Positions 1 through 8,851 of a stretch of DNA of 48,936 nt are shown one piece after another. The stretch's first letter is position 1. Every line of letters begins with the position of its first letter. The notes beneath the pieces were generated by a model. It had not been told where the DNA came from and did not search any database. It saw only the letters and a program-made list of their open reading frames with translations. The stretch is from positions 1-48,936 of the forward strand of contig DATDFN010000168.1 of the NCBI GenBank assembly GCA_036522615.1, given 5' to 3'. The position numbers were made by a program, and so were the translations under genes. The stretch is from Candidatus Binatia bacterium. Its GTDB lineage: Bacteria; Desulfobacterota; Binatia; UBA9968.

Positions 1-24
1 GGCCGCGGCTACGTCCCGCAGGCG

Positions 25-387
25 ATGTCGCACGGGACGCTCCAGTGCGACAACAAAGAGGCGAGCGACCGCTTCTATAAGGAAGTTCTCGGCCTCGACA
101 TCGTCGGCGGCGGGCGCCACTCGACGTACATCAAGCATCCCTCGACGCCGTGGTACATCGTTGTGCTCCCCATGCCGCACCGCGATTATCTCGCGCCGGT
201 CAACCGCTTCACGCTGAAGCTCGGCGCGCCCGAAGACGTCGAGAAGGCGCATCACGCCTTTTCGCAGCAGTCCAATCCATACGGCATAACGGAAACGTGG
301 GATCTGGAGCGGAAGAACGGGCAGACTTCGTTTGTCTTCAGCGACCTCGACAAAAACTGGTGGGAGCTGGCGGCTTCGAACTCTTAA
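25..387 (+). CDS. VOC (glyoxalase/bleomycin-resistance/extradiol-dioxygenase) superfamily protein
   Basis: ORF 25..387. The N-terminus SHGTLQCDNKEASDRFYKEVLGLDIV fits the H-x-x-L...FY..VLGL start of a VOC module. The frame stays open back to base 1, so the gene may begin upstream of the window. Confidence 0.55.
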   Translation: MSHGTLQCDNKEASDRFYKEVLGLDIVGGGRHSTYIKHPSTPWYIVVLPMPHRDYLAPVNRFTLKLGAPEDVEKAHHAFSQQSNPYGITETWDLERKNGQTSFVFSDLDKNWWELAASNS

Positions 388-397
388 AGCGAGTTCG

Positions 398-1462
398 CTA
401 GGTCGAGATATCCTGCAAAAACCATTCGGTGGGCAATTCGCGGCCTAAACCGCGTTCGCGCGCGCGCTTGAGCACGAACGCGCCGGCGGCCGAGAACTGC
501 ACGCCATGCCCCTCGTTGTTCGCGAAATAAGTTTTCTGCCGTGGATCGCTTCTGCCGCGCGCCGCTCCCGCGCATAACTCGCCGAGCGTGATCGCGCTCG
601 GGAGATCGCGCTCGTCCTTGCCGCCGAGCGCCTGCGGCGCCGTGGAAAATTCCTCGGCGGCTTTTTCCGCGCGAAAGCGCGGGCCGAAGCCGCGCTCGTG
701 CACGACGGCGACATCGAACGCGCCGAGCGGCGCTCTTCCGACCTCGCCGAACGGCCGCGCGCTTGAAAGAAACATTCCGGGCTCGATCCATTCCGAGCGG
801 ACGAACGGCTTCGACGCGTCCGTGCAGCAGCAGACGATGTCGCTCGACGCGAACGCCGCTTCGATGCTTTTAACCGGGCTCGTCTCGACGCCGAGCTTCT
901 TTTCCGTCTCTCCCGCGAAGGCCTCGCGGCTCTCCGCGCGCAGGCTGTAAACTTTGATTTTCGTGATCGGCCGCACGGCGCACATCGCCTCGGCGTGGCT
1001 GCGCGCCTGGTTGCCCGCGCCGATGACGGCGAGCGTCGCCGCGTTCTCGCGGCTGAGATATTTCGCCGCGACGCCGCTCGTCGCGCCGACGCGCATGACT
1101 TGCAGAAAGCCGTCGTTGAGAATGCCGTCGAGCTCGCCGGTGTGGATGTTGTAGAGCAGCGCGAGTCCGCAATAGAGTCCCGGACGCGACGCCCACTTGG
1201 TCGTGCGGCCGCTTTTCTCGTCGAGCCACTCATTCACGTCCGAGCGCAGCCGGATCGCGTGGTAGCCGCTCTTGATGACCGTTCCCTCGAAGTTGGCGAA
1301 AACGTAGGTCCTGCCTTCGCCGGTCGGCACCATGATATTGCTGCGCCGGCGGTGCGCGGCGCGTCCGAGGCCGTGCTCGCGATACGCCTCGTCCAGGATT
1401 TCGACGCACTCGCGCATCGAAATCAGCCGCGAGATCTCCTCGTTGTTCAGCAGCAAAGTCAT
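398..1462 (-). CDS. ornithine cyclodeaminase / mu-crystallin family NAD(P)-dependent enzyme
   Basis: Track ORF 398..1522 trimmed to the internal ATG at 1462 (MTLLLNNEEISRL...). It has the Rossmann motif VIGAGNQARSHAEA and an overall OCD/mu-crystallin-like sequence. Confidence 0.75.
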   Translation of the reverse strand: MTLLLNNEEISRLISMRECVEILDEAYREHGLGRAAHRRRSNIMVPTGEGRTYVFANFEGTVIKSGYHAIRLRSDVNEWLDEKSGRTTKWASRPGLYCGLALLYNIHTGELDGILNDGFLQVMRVGATSGVAAKYLSRENAATLAVIGAGNQARSHAEAMCAVRPITKIKVYSLRAESREAFAGETEKKLGVETSPVKSIEAAFASSDIVCCCTDASKPFVRSEWIEPGMFLSSARPFGEVGRAPLGAFDVAVVHERGFGPRFRAEKAAEEFSTAPQALGGKDERDLPSAITLGELCAGAARGRSDPRQKTYFANNEGHGVQFSAAGAFVLKRARERGLGRELPTEWFLQDIST

Positions 1463-1530
1463 TTTTTTTCGGCTCGGCTCAAGCGTTGCGCAAACCTTAG
1501 CCGCCGCGCCGCTGCATTGCAATCTTCCCC

Positions 1531-1558
1531 TTTACAAAAGGATTTTTTCCTGTATAGA
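1531..1558 (+). promoter_or_regulatory. candidate sigma70-type promoter for folD-gcv operon
   Basis: TTTACA (1531-1536), 16 nt spacer, TATAGA (1553-1558) with TG directly upstream. A GGGGAA Shine-Dalgarno sits at 1573-1578 before the folD ATG at 1582. Confidence 0.4.
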
Positions 1559-1581
1559 GTTTGAATTCAATCGGGGAAATT

Positions 1582-2442
1582 ATGGCCACAATTATCGACG
1601 GCAAGGCGGTTGCGCGCGCGCTGCAAGCAGAAATCAAAGACGAAGTCGAAGGATTGAAACGCAGATGGGGGATGTCGCCCGGCCTCGGCGTGGTGCTTGT
1701 CGGCGACGACCCAGCTTCTCACCTCTACGTCAAGAATAAAGAGAAAGCGTGCAAAGAAGTCGGCATTCGCTCTGAGGAGCACCTGCTTTCGGCGTCGGTC
1801 TCCGAGCGCGAATTGCTGGCGCTCATCAACAAGCTCAACCGCGACCGCGATATCCACGGCATTCTCGTCCAGCTGCCGCTGCCGGCGCACATCAGCCCGG
1901 AGAAGGTTTTGATGGCCGTATCGCCGCAGAAAGACATCGACGGCTTTCATCCGGTCAACCAGGGTCTACTTTTGTCCAGCGGCGAGGGCTTCAGACCGTG
2001 CACGCCGATGGGCATCATGAAGCTCCTCGATTCCGTCCAGTGCGATCCCAAAGGGAAGAACGCGACGGTGATCGGCCGCAGCAACATCGTCGGCAAACCG
2101 GTTGCGCTGATGCTGCTGGAGCGCCACGCGACTGTTACGATCTGCCATTCGCGCACGGCCCATCTGAAAGACGAAGTCGGCCGCGCCGACATCGTCGTCG
2201 CCGCCATCGGCAAGGCGGCGCTCGTCCGCGGCGACTGGATCAAGCCCGATGCGGTCGTGATCGACGTCGGCGTCAATCGTCTCCCCACCGGGAAGCTCTC
2301 CGGCGACGTGGAATTTGAAGCCGCGAAGGAGCGCGCCTCCTATATCACGCCGGTGCCCGGCGGCGTCGGCCCGATGACGATCGCCATGCTTTTGTTCAAC
2401 ACGCTGCGCGCGGCGAAAGAATCGCTTCAGCGGGAAGGCTAG
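1582..2442 (+). CDS. folD: bifunctional 5,10-methylene-tetrahydrofolate dehydrogenase / 5,10-methenyl-tetrahydrofolate cyclohydrolase
   Basis: [11 protein letters not shown]... N-terminus with motifs [30 protein letters not shown] and [11 protein letters not shown]. Start taken at ATG 1582 rather than the track's TTG at 1561. Confidence 0.95.
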   Translation: MATIIDGKAVARALQAEIKDEVEGLKRRWGMSPGLGVVLVGDDPASHLYVKNKEKACKEVGIRSEEHLLSASVSERELLALINKLNRDRDIHGILVQLPLPAHISPEKVLMAVSPQKDIDGFHPVNQGLLLSSGEGFRPCTPMGIMKLLDSVQCDPKGKNATVIGRSNIVGKPVALMLLERHATVTICHSRTAHLKDEVGRADIVVAAIGKAALVRGDWIKPDAVVIDVGVNRLPTGKLSGDVEFEAAKERASYITPVPGGVGPMTIAMLLFNTLRAAKESLQREG

Positions 2443-2451
2443 ATCAATCGT

Positions 2452-3570
2452 GTGAGCGCGCCAGCCACAGCCCAGGCCCCGAAACTCAAAAGAACCCCGC
2501 TCTATCACGTCCACCGGCACCTGGGGGCGAAGATGGTCGAGTTCGCCGGCTGGGAAATGCCCGTACAATACAGCGGCGTTATCGACGAGCATCTGGCGGT
2601 GCGGTCGCGCGCCGGGCTTTTCGACGTGAGCCACATGGGCGAGGTCGAAGTCCTCGGCAGCGGCGCTTTCGACTTGTGCCAGAAACTCACGCCGAACGAC
2701 CTCGCGCGCGCGAAGCCGGGTCAGGCGCAATATAATTTATTACTGAATGATAACGGCGGGGCGGTCGACGACATCGTCATCTATCCGCTCAAGCCCGGCG
2801 CCATTTTTATTTGCGTCAACGCGTCGAACACGGACAAAGACTTCGATTGGATTCGCGGCCACGCGCCCGCCGATGTGCCGGTCGAGAATACCAGCGCGCG
2901 CTACGCGCAGCTCGCGCTGCAGGGGCCGGCGGCGCAAAAAATTCTTCAGGCGCTGACCCCCACGCCGCTCAAAGACGTCAAGTCGTTCTATTTCTTCTTC
3001 GGCGACGTCGCCGGGGTGCGCTCGCTGGTCGCGCGCACGGGATATACCGGCGAAGACGGCTTCGAGCTGTTTTGCGAGGCCGAAGACGCGGAGAAGTTGT
3101 GGAACGCGCTGCTCGACGCAGGCGCCGCCGACGGCCTCAAGCCCGCGGGCCTCGGCGCGCGCGACACGCTCAGGCTCGAGCGGGCTTTGCCGCTTTACGG
3201 CCACGAGCTCGACGACAAGACGACGCCGCTCGAGGCGGGACTCGATTGGGTCGTGAAATTCGCCAAGGCGGAATTTCTCGGGCGCGACGTGCTGCTGGGG
3301 CAAAAAGCCACGGGCGTCGCGCGAAAGCTCGTCGGCCTCGAGATGGTCGATCCCGGCATCGCCCGCGGCCATTATCCCGTCTTCGCGGGTGGAAAGCGCA
3401 CCGGCGAGGTGACGAGCGGCACCAAATCGCCGACGCTCGGCAAGGCGATCGCCATGGCCTACGTGCAGAGCGAGCATGCGGCCCCCGGCACGGAAGTCGA
3501 GGTCGAGATCCGCGAGCGGCGCGCCCGGGGTCGCGTCGTGCCGCTGCCGTTCTATCGCCGGCCGCAATAA
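2452..3570 (+). CDS. gcvT: glycine cleavage system T protein (aminomethyltransferase)
   Basis: LKRTPLY...GAKMVEFAGWEMPVQY, LFDVSHMG and TGYTGEDGFE motifs. GTG start lies 9 nt after the folD stop. Confidence 0.95.
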   Translation: MSAPATAQAPKLKRTPLYHVHRHLGAKMVEFAGWEMPVQYSGVIDEHLAVRSRAGLFDVSHMGEVEVLGSGAFDLCQKLTPNDLARAKPGQAQYNLLLNDNGGAVDDIVIYPLKPGAIFICVNASNTDKDFDWIRGHAPADVPVENTSARYAQLALQGPAAQKILQALTPTPLKDVKSFYFFFGDVAGVRSLVARTGYTGEDGFELFCEAEDAEKLWNALLDAGAADGLKPAGLGARDTLRLERALPLYGHELDDKTTPLEAGLDWVVKFAKAEFLGRDVLLGQKATGVARKLVGLEMVDPGIARGHYPVFAGGKRTGEVTSGTKSPTLGKAIAMAYVQSEHAAPGTEVEVEIRERRARGRVVPLPFYRRPQ

Positions 3571-3593
3571 AAAGTTTCGGAGTCAAGTTTTCC

Positions 3594-3628
3594 GTCAAGA
3601 AAACCCGAAAAGGGCTTGACTTATTTTT
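3594..3628 (+). terminator. candidate weak intrinsic terminator/attenuator hairpin in the gcvT-gcvH spacer
   Basis: GTCAAG(3594-3599) pairs with CTTGAC(3615-3620) and CCC with GGG inside, around a GAAAA loop and an AAAA bulge. TTATTTTT follows at 3621-3628. The same TTGACT could instead be a -35 element. Confidence 0.25.
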
Positions 3629-3694
3629 ACCTGAATCATACTTGAAACCAGAAACCGGTAACTAGACCGTAACAAATCCATCCAGGAGGGTCAG

Positions 3695-4153
3695 ATGGAG
3701 TTCCCCGACGGACTGAAATATTCGAAAGAGCACGAATGGGTGCTGGTCGAGGACAAGGTCGCGATCATCGGCATCACCGAATTCGCGCAGCACGAGCTGG
3801 GCGACGTGGTCTATGTCGAGCTGCCGGAAGTCGGCGAGAAAATCGTCAAGGACGATCCGTTCGGCGCCGTCGAATCGGTGAAAGCCGTATCCGACGTGTT
3901 CGCGCCGGTGTCGGGCGCCGTGCTCGAGGTCAACGACGTGCTGCCGGAAAACCCGGAGACGATCAACGACGACCCTTACGGCGACGGCTGGATGATCAAG
4001 GTCCAGATGACCGATATGGACGACCTCAAGGATCTCATGAACGCCGAGGAATACGCGGAGTACATCGAGCAGCAGAAAGAAGAAGACGAAGAGGACGAGG
4101 ACGAAAACGGAGACGAGGAAGAAGAAGATGACGAAGACGAGGACGAGAAATAG
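3695..4153 (+). CDS. gcvH: glycine cleavage system H protein (lipoyl carrier) with poly-acidic C-terminal extension
   Basis: YSKEHEWV, lipoyl-lysine motif ESVKAVSD and [13 protein letters not shown] sits 6 nt upstream of the ATG. The last ~30 residues are almost entirely D/E. Confidence 0.93.
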   Translation: MEFPDGLKYSKEHEWVLVEDKVAIIGITEFAQHELGDVVYVELPEVGEKIVKDDPFGAVESVKAVSDVFAPVSGAVLEVNDVLPENPETINDDPYGDGWMIKVQMTDMDDLKDLMNAEEYAEYIEQQKEEDEEDEDENGDEEEEDDEDEDEK

Positions 4154-4162
4154 GTCCTCTGC

Positions 4163-5509
4163 ATGCGCTACACCCCGCACACCCCCGCGGACAAAGAGCG
4201 GATGCTCCGGACCATCGGCGTCTCCGCGTTCGAGGATCTGATCCGGCACATTCCCGCCGAGCTTAGACAAAACGCCAAAATCTCACTGCCGCCGGGCCTG
4301 ACCGAAGTCGCCGTCAAGCGCCGCATGGCGGCGCTCGCCCGACAAAACGCCTCGGCGCAGGACTGGAGCTTCTTCCTCGGCGGCGGCATCTATCATCACG
4401 CCATACCGAGCGCGGTCGACGCGATCATATCGCGCGCCGAGTTCGCCACGTCGTACACGCCGTACCAGCCCGAAGTCAGCCAGGGCACGCTGCAGGCGAT
4501 GTACGAGTTCCAGACGCTCATCTGCCAGCTGACCGGCATGGAAGTCGCGAACGCCGGCGTCTACGACGGGGCGTCGGCGACGGCCGAGGCGGTGCTGATG
4601 GCGCGCCGGATTCAGGACGAGCGGCATCGCGTGCTCGTCTCTTGCGCGCTGCACCCCCAATACCGGCAGGTCATCGCCACCTTCGTGCGCAACCTGGTCG
4701 ACGTCGAGCTGGTCGAGATTCCGTTCACGGAGAGCGGCGCGACCGACGCGGAAGCGCTCGCGCGCGCCCTCGACGACCGGACGATGTGCGTCGTCGTCGG
4801 ATATCCCAACTTTTTCGGGGTCGTCGAGGAACTTGCGCCGCTGCGGAGCGCCTGCGACCGCCACGGCGCGCTGCTCGCGACGGTGACCACCGAGCCGCTG
4901 TCGCTCGCGCTGTTGCAGCCGCCGGGCGCCTGGGGCGCCGACATCGCCGTCGGCGAGGGGCAGAGCCTCGGCGTGCCGATGTCGCTGGGCGGTCCGGGAT
5001 ACGGCTTTTTCGCCACGCAAAAGAAATTCGTGCGCAGCCTGCCGGGGCGGCTCGTCGGCGAAACCGTGGACGGCGAGGGGCGGCGCGGCTTCGTGCTCAC
5101 GCTCTCCACGCGGGAGCAGCACATCCGCCGCGAGAAAGCGACGTCGAACATCTGCACGAGCCAGAGCCTTTGCGTCCTTGCCTCGACGGTTTTCATGTCG
5201 CTGCTCGGCAAGCAGGGCATGCGGCACTTGGCCGAGGTGAACGCGCGCCGCGCGCACCGCGTGCGCGAGCGGCTGGTCAAAGAAGCCGGTCTCGCGCCCG
5301 CGTTCACGGGGCCGTTCTTCAACGAGTTCGCGGTGAACGCCGGCGGCCTCGCTGAACGGCGCGGCCGTTTCTTTGAGAAGCGCATCGTCCCGGGCATCGA
5401 GCTGTCGCGGTGGTATCCCGAGATGCGCGACGCTTTGCTCGTGTGCGTCACCGAGATGAACGAAGAAGAGGAGATCGACGAGCTTGTCGGAACCTTCGCA
5501 GCGCGGTAA
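4163..5509 (+). CDS. gcvPA: glycine dehydrogenase (decarboxylating) subunit 1
   Basis: MRYTPHTPADKERML, SYTPYQPEVSQGTLQ and REQHIRREKATSNICT motifs, typical of the split P-protein alpha chain. Confidence 0.95.
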   Translation: MRYTPHTPADKERMLRTIGVSAFEDLIRHIPAELRQNAKISLPPGLTEVAVKRRMAALARQNASAQDWSFFLGGGIYHHAIPSAVDAIISRAEFATSYTPYQPEVSQGTLQAMYEFQTLICQLTGMEVANAGVYDGASATAEAVLMARRIQDERHRVLVSCALHPQYRQVIATFVRNLVDVELVEIPFTESGATDAEALARALDDRTMCVVVGYPNFFGVVEELAPLRSACDRHGALLATVTTEPLSLALLQPPGAWGADIAVGEGQSLGVPMSLGGPGYGFFATQKKFVRSLPGRLVGETVDGEGRRGFVLTLSTREQHIRREKATSNICTSQSLCVLASTVFMSLLGKQGMRHLAEVNARRAHRVRERLVKEAGLAPAFTGPFFNEFAVNAGGLAERRGRFFEKRIVPGIELSRWYPEMRDALLVCVTEMNEEEEIDELVGTFAAR

Positions 5510-6959
5510 CGGCCGCGGTCCACAAGCGCTGATTTTCGAGAGCGGCTCGCCCGGCCGCAGCGCATTCTTTTGGCCCGAGGAAAAAGGGTCGAGCGAAATT
5601 CCCCAAGCGCTGTTGCGCCCAGAGATCGCCGGCTTTCCCGAGATGGGCGAGCTGGAGGTGCTGCGCCATTTCACGCGTCTTTCGAACCTCAATTTCTCGA
5701 TCGAGAGCCAGTTTTATCCGCTCGGCTCGTGCACGATGAAGTACAATCCCAAGGTCAACGAGGTCGCCGCCCGGCTGCCGGGCTTCGCGCTGCTCCATCC
5801 GCTGCTTCCGCCGGAATTGATTCCCGGGGCGCTCGAGCTGCTCGCCGAGCTCGAAACGATGCTCGCCGAGATCGCCGGAATGGACGCGGTGACGCTCCAG
5901 CCCGCGGCCGGCGCGCAGGGCGAGCTCACCGGACTGATGGTCATCCGCGCGTTTCTCACCGAGCGGGGAAATCCGCGGAAAAAGATTCTGGTCCCCGATA
6001 CCGCGCACGGCACCAACCCGGCGAGCTCCACGCTCTGCGGCTACGGCGTCGTGCAGATCCCGTCGAACAAGCAGGGCATCATCGAGCCCGAGGCGGTCGA
6101 GCGCGCGATGTCGGAAGACGTCGCCGCGCTGATGATCACCAACCCGAACACGCTGGGCGTCTTCGAGCGCCACATCCAGGCGATCGCCGACGCGGTGCAC
6201 CGCCGCGGCGGGCTCGTGTATCTCGACGGCGCGAATTTGAACGCGCTCATGGGCATCGCCAAGCCCGGCCATATGGGCGTGGACGTGCTCCACATCAACC
6301 TGCACAAGACGTTCTCGACGCCGCACGGCGGCGGCGGCCCGGGCGCCGGACCGGTCGGCGTCAAAGCGCATCTGAAGGATTACCTGCCAACGCCGCGCAT
6401 CGTTAAGAACGGCGCGCGCTGCGAGGTGCGCGAGGATTTCCCGAAGTCCGTCGGGCGCGTGCGCTCGTTCTTCGGCAACTTCGGCATCCTCGTGCGCGCC
6501 TACACGTACATGATTTCGCTCGGCTCGGACGGCCTCGAAGAGGCGAGCCGCATGGCGGTGCTGAACGCGAACTACCTGCGCAAGCGGCTCGAGAATACGT
6601 ACTTCCTGCCTTCCCCCGAGCCGTCGATGCACGAATGCGTCTTTACGGACAAGAACCAGCAGAAGGGCGGCGTCACGACGCTCGACATCGCCAAGCGCCT
6701 GCTGGACTACGGGTTTCACCCGCCGACGATTTATTTCCCTCTCGTCGTCTCCGGCGCGCTTATGATCGAGCCGACCGAGACCGAGACGCGCGAGACGCTC
6801 GACGGCTTCGCGGAGGCGATGCTCGCCATCGCGCGCGAGGCGAAGGAAGAGCCCGCCGTCGTCAAGTCCGCTCCGCACACGACGCCCGTCGGCCGCCTCG
6901 ATGAGGCGCGCGCCGCCCGCCGCCCGGTGCTCCGCTGGGAACCGGGCGGAACCGATTGA
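5484..6959 (+). CDS. gcvPB: glycine dehydrogenase (decarboxylating) subunit 2
   Basis: ALIFE, YPLGSCTMKYNPK and the PLP-lysine motif NLHKTFSTPHGGGGPG. TTG 5484 is the only ATG/GTG/TTG start codon in frame upstream of the conserved ALIFE N-terminus, so the gene overlaps gcvPA by 26 nt. Confidence 0.93.
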   Translation: MSEPSQRGNGRGPQALIFESGSPGRSAFFWPEEKGSSEIPQALLRPEIAGFPEMGELEVLRHFTRLSNLNFSIESQFYPLGSCTMKYNPKVNEVAARLPGFALLHPLLPPELIPGALELLAELETMLAEIAGMDAVTLQPAAGAQGELTGLMVIRAFLTERGNPRKKILVPDTAHGTNPASSTLCGYGVVQIPSNKQGIIEPEAVERAMSEDVAALMITNPNTLGVFERHIQAIADAVHRRGGLVYLDGANLNALMGIAKPGHMGVDVLHINLHKTFSTPHGGGGPGAGPVGVKAHLKDYLPTPRIVKNGARCEVREDFPKSVGRVRSFFGNFGILVRAYTYMISLGSDGLEEASRMAVLNANYLRKRLENTYFLPSPEPSMHECVFTDKNQQKGGVTTLDIAKRLLDYGFHPPTIYFPLVVSGALMIEPTETETRETLDGFAEAMLAIAREAKEEPAVVKSAPHTTPVGRLDEARAARRPVLRWEPGGTD

Positions 6960-6962
6960 GAT

Positions 6963-6991
6963 TTGACGTTATTTTTTGTTGATGCTATAGA
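6963..6991 (+). promoter_or_regulatory. candidate sigma70-type promoter for the LysR regulator gene
   Basis: TTGACG (6963-6968), 17 nt spacer, TATAGA (6986-6991). The palindrome CAATG-N7-CATTG (6999-7015) and an AAAGGAG SD follow before ATG 7036. Confidence 0.45.
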
Positions 6992-7035
6992 CTCCTTGCA
7001 ATGATTATCGCATTGAAAGGAGAAACCTGATTTCC

Positions 7036-7947
7036 ATGACTCTCCATCAACTGAAAGTTTTTACGACCGTCGCCAAGATCAAGAGCTTCACGCAGGCCGC
7101 CGAGCGCCTGGGCGTGCGCCAGCCGTCCGTTTCGCTCGTGATCAAGGACCTCGAGCAGGACCTCGAGGTGCGGCTCTTCGAAAAATTGGGACACAAGATC
7201 AACCTGACCGCGGCGGGCGAAATACTGCTGCAGGACGCCGAAGACATTCTCGCCAAGGCCGAGGGCCTGAAAGAGAGAATGGACGAGCTGAAGGGCCTCA
7301 AAAGGGGCCGCCTCGCCGTCGGCGGCGCGCCGGTTCCAGCCTCTTCGTTTTTTCCTTTCGTCGCCGAGCAGTTCAAGCGGGAGTTCTCCTGGGTCGAGAC
7401 GACGCTGCGCATCGACACGAGCCTCAGCCTCGAGAAGAGCCTCCTCGACGGCGAGCTCGATCTCGCGATCCTCGGCCGCGCTCCGAGATCGCCGCTCATC
7501 GTCGGCGAGATCTGCCATCAGGAGGACGTCGTCGCGATCGCCTCGCCGCGCCATCCGCTGGCGAACAAGGGGCCGGTGCCGCTCGCGCGCATCGCGCGCG
7601 AGTCGATCATCACCGAGGAAAAAGGGGGCATTCTCCGCGACATGCTCGACGAGCGCTTCGCTAAGCTGGGCGTGCCTTTTACGCCGCACATGGAGCTGAG
7701 TCCGCGCATCGGCTCGCGCGACGCGATCCGCAGCGCCGTAGCCGGCGGCCTCGGCATCGGCTTTACGACCAGATGCCACGTCGTCTCGGACATCGCGGCG
7801 GGGCACCTAAAGATTCTCAAGGTGCCGGATTTGAAGCTCCGGCGCAGCAGCTACATCGCCGTGCACAAGAGCCGGCAAAAGACGCCGCTCGTTCAGGCGT
7901 TCGTGAGGGTGCTGAAAAAATACAAGGGCAAAAACGCGGCGAACTGA
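7036..7947 (+). CDS. LysR-family transcriptional regulator
   Basis: N-terminal wHTH LHQLKVFTTVAKIKSFTQAAERLGVRQPSVSLVIKDLE, followed by a LysR substrate-binding-type C-terminal domain. Confidence 0.9.
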   Translation: MTLHQLKVFTTVAKIKSFTQAAERLGVRQPSVSLVIKDLEQDLEVRLFEKLGHKINLTAAGEILLQDAEDILAKAEGLKERMDELKGLKRGRLAVGGAPVPASSFFPFVAEQFKREFSWVETTLRIDTSLSLEKSLLDGELDLAILGRAPRSPLIVGEICHQEDVVAIASPRHPLANKGPVPLARIARESIITEEKGGILRDMLDERFAKLGVPFTPHMELSPRIGSRDAIRSAVAGGLGIGFTTRCHVVSDIAAGHLKILKVPDLKLRRSSYIAVHKSRQKTPLVQAFVRVLKKYKGKNAAN

Positions 7948-7959
7948 GAGCGCCTCGAA

Positions 7960-8796
7960 TTACCGCGGCGCGAAGCTGAAAGAAAGGGTATTTTTCTCGT
8001 AAATGAAGGTAACGTCGATCGGCCGCTTGCCGAACGTTCGCGGCGCGCGGCCGAAGTTCGGCGCCGCCGCGGCGACGACGCGCAGCGCTTCCTGATCCAG
8101 CATGTCGTAGCCTGACGTCCGCGTGATGTAAAGCTCGTCGAGCTCGCCGCTGTCGGTCTGCGTAAACCGCACGACGAGCTTCCCGTCGATTCCGAAAGGC
8201 CTCACAGCGGATCTTGCGATCGTCGGATCCGCCCAAGCCAGATCCAAGGCGTGCTTGACGCGCTTTAAATAATCCGAATAACGCGGGTCGCGGCTGTCGA
8301 GGCGTATCGGCGCCTGTTCCTCCGCGGCTTTGCCCTGAATTCTGAAGCCGGGTGGCAGAAGCTCATTGAGCGTGGGCATCTGCTCGATGACGGCTCGACC
8401 GTTCTGAGCGGTCTCCACGCGGGGACTTTTTGTTTCCTCCTCGTCGCGATTTGTCTCACTCAGAGGCGGCTCGGTCTTTGTGATTTTTTTAGGCGCCGCT
8501 TCGATACCCGAACGATCGACTTTCGCCGACTTTCCCGGAGGCAATTCCGCCCGCTCGATTTTTTCGTTACGCGTGGTTTCCCGCGGCGCTTTCGCCGCCG
8601 GCGGTGCGCTGCGCGCCGGGGCGGATTTCTGTACGGCCGGCGGCGGGGCTTTCTCCGGCGCGGCGAAAATCTCGATGGGAATCTGTTCGATCGCGGGCGG
8701 CCGGAGCGCGCGCCCGTACCACGAGAACATCAGCAGCAGATGCAGAGCGGTCGAGACTAAAAGGAACGGAAAGAGCGTATTTCGCACAGCGCTCAC
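7960..8796 (-). CDS. TonB-family energy-transducer-like protein (N-terminal TM anchor, Pro/Lys-rich spacer, TonB C-terminal domain)
   Basis: TM segment LFPFLLVSTALHLLLMFSWYG and a Pro-rich region (PEKAPPPAVQKSAPARSAPPAAKAP). C-terminal GKLVVRFTQTDSGELDELYITRTSGYDMLDQEALRVV resembles the TonB_C fold. GTG start has a weak SD, so the start is uncertain. Confidence 0.7.
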   Translation of the reverse strand: MSAVRNTLFPFLLVSTALHLLLMFSWYGRALRPPAIEQIPIEIFAAPEKAPPPAVQKSAPARSAPPAAKAPRETTRNEKIERAELPPGKSAKVDRSGIEAAPKKITKTEPPLSETNRDEEETKSPRVETAQNGRAVIEQMPTLNELLPPGFRIQGKAAEEQAPIRLDSRDPRYSDYLKRVKHALDLAWADPTIARSAVRPFGIDGKLVVRFTQTDSGELDELYITRTSGYDMLDQEALRVVAAAAPNFGRAPRTFGKRPIDVTFIYEKNTLSFSFAPR

Positions 8797-8851
8797 CTGG
8801 TTATTTTAACCCGGAGCGGGAGGACAGGGCAAACGGCGGCCGCCGCTTTGT

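Noticed and set aside
1463-1581. A glycine riboswitch or other riboswitch upstream of folD-gcvT.
   Set aside because: The spacer is short and lacks the conserved glycine-aptamer core elements. It is better explained by a TTTACA-16-TATAGA promoter plus SD. Not checked with a covariance model.
5448-6878. Very long antisense ORFs opposite conserved genes. Examples: 5448..6878(-) opposite gcvPB, 20055..21656(-) opposite the ligase, 42551..43825(-) opposite dxr/rseP, 46358..47647(+) opposite acnA, 10258..11037(+) opposite the amidohydrolase, and 27 kb (+) opposite pgk.
   Set aside because: Their translations are Arg/Ala/Gly/Asp-rich low-complexity strings with no recognisable motifs. They are the expected stop-poor shadow frames of high-GC coding DNA, and the opposite strand encodes unmistakable conserved proteins.
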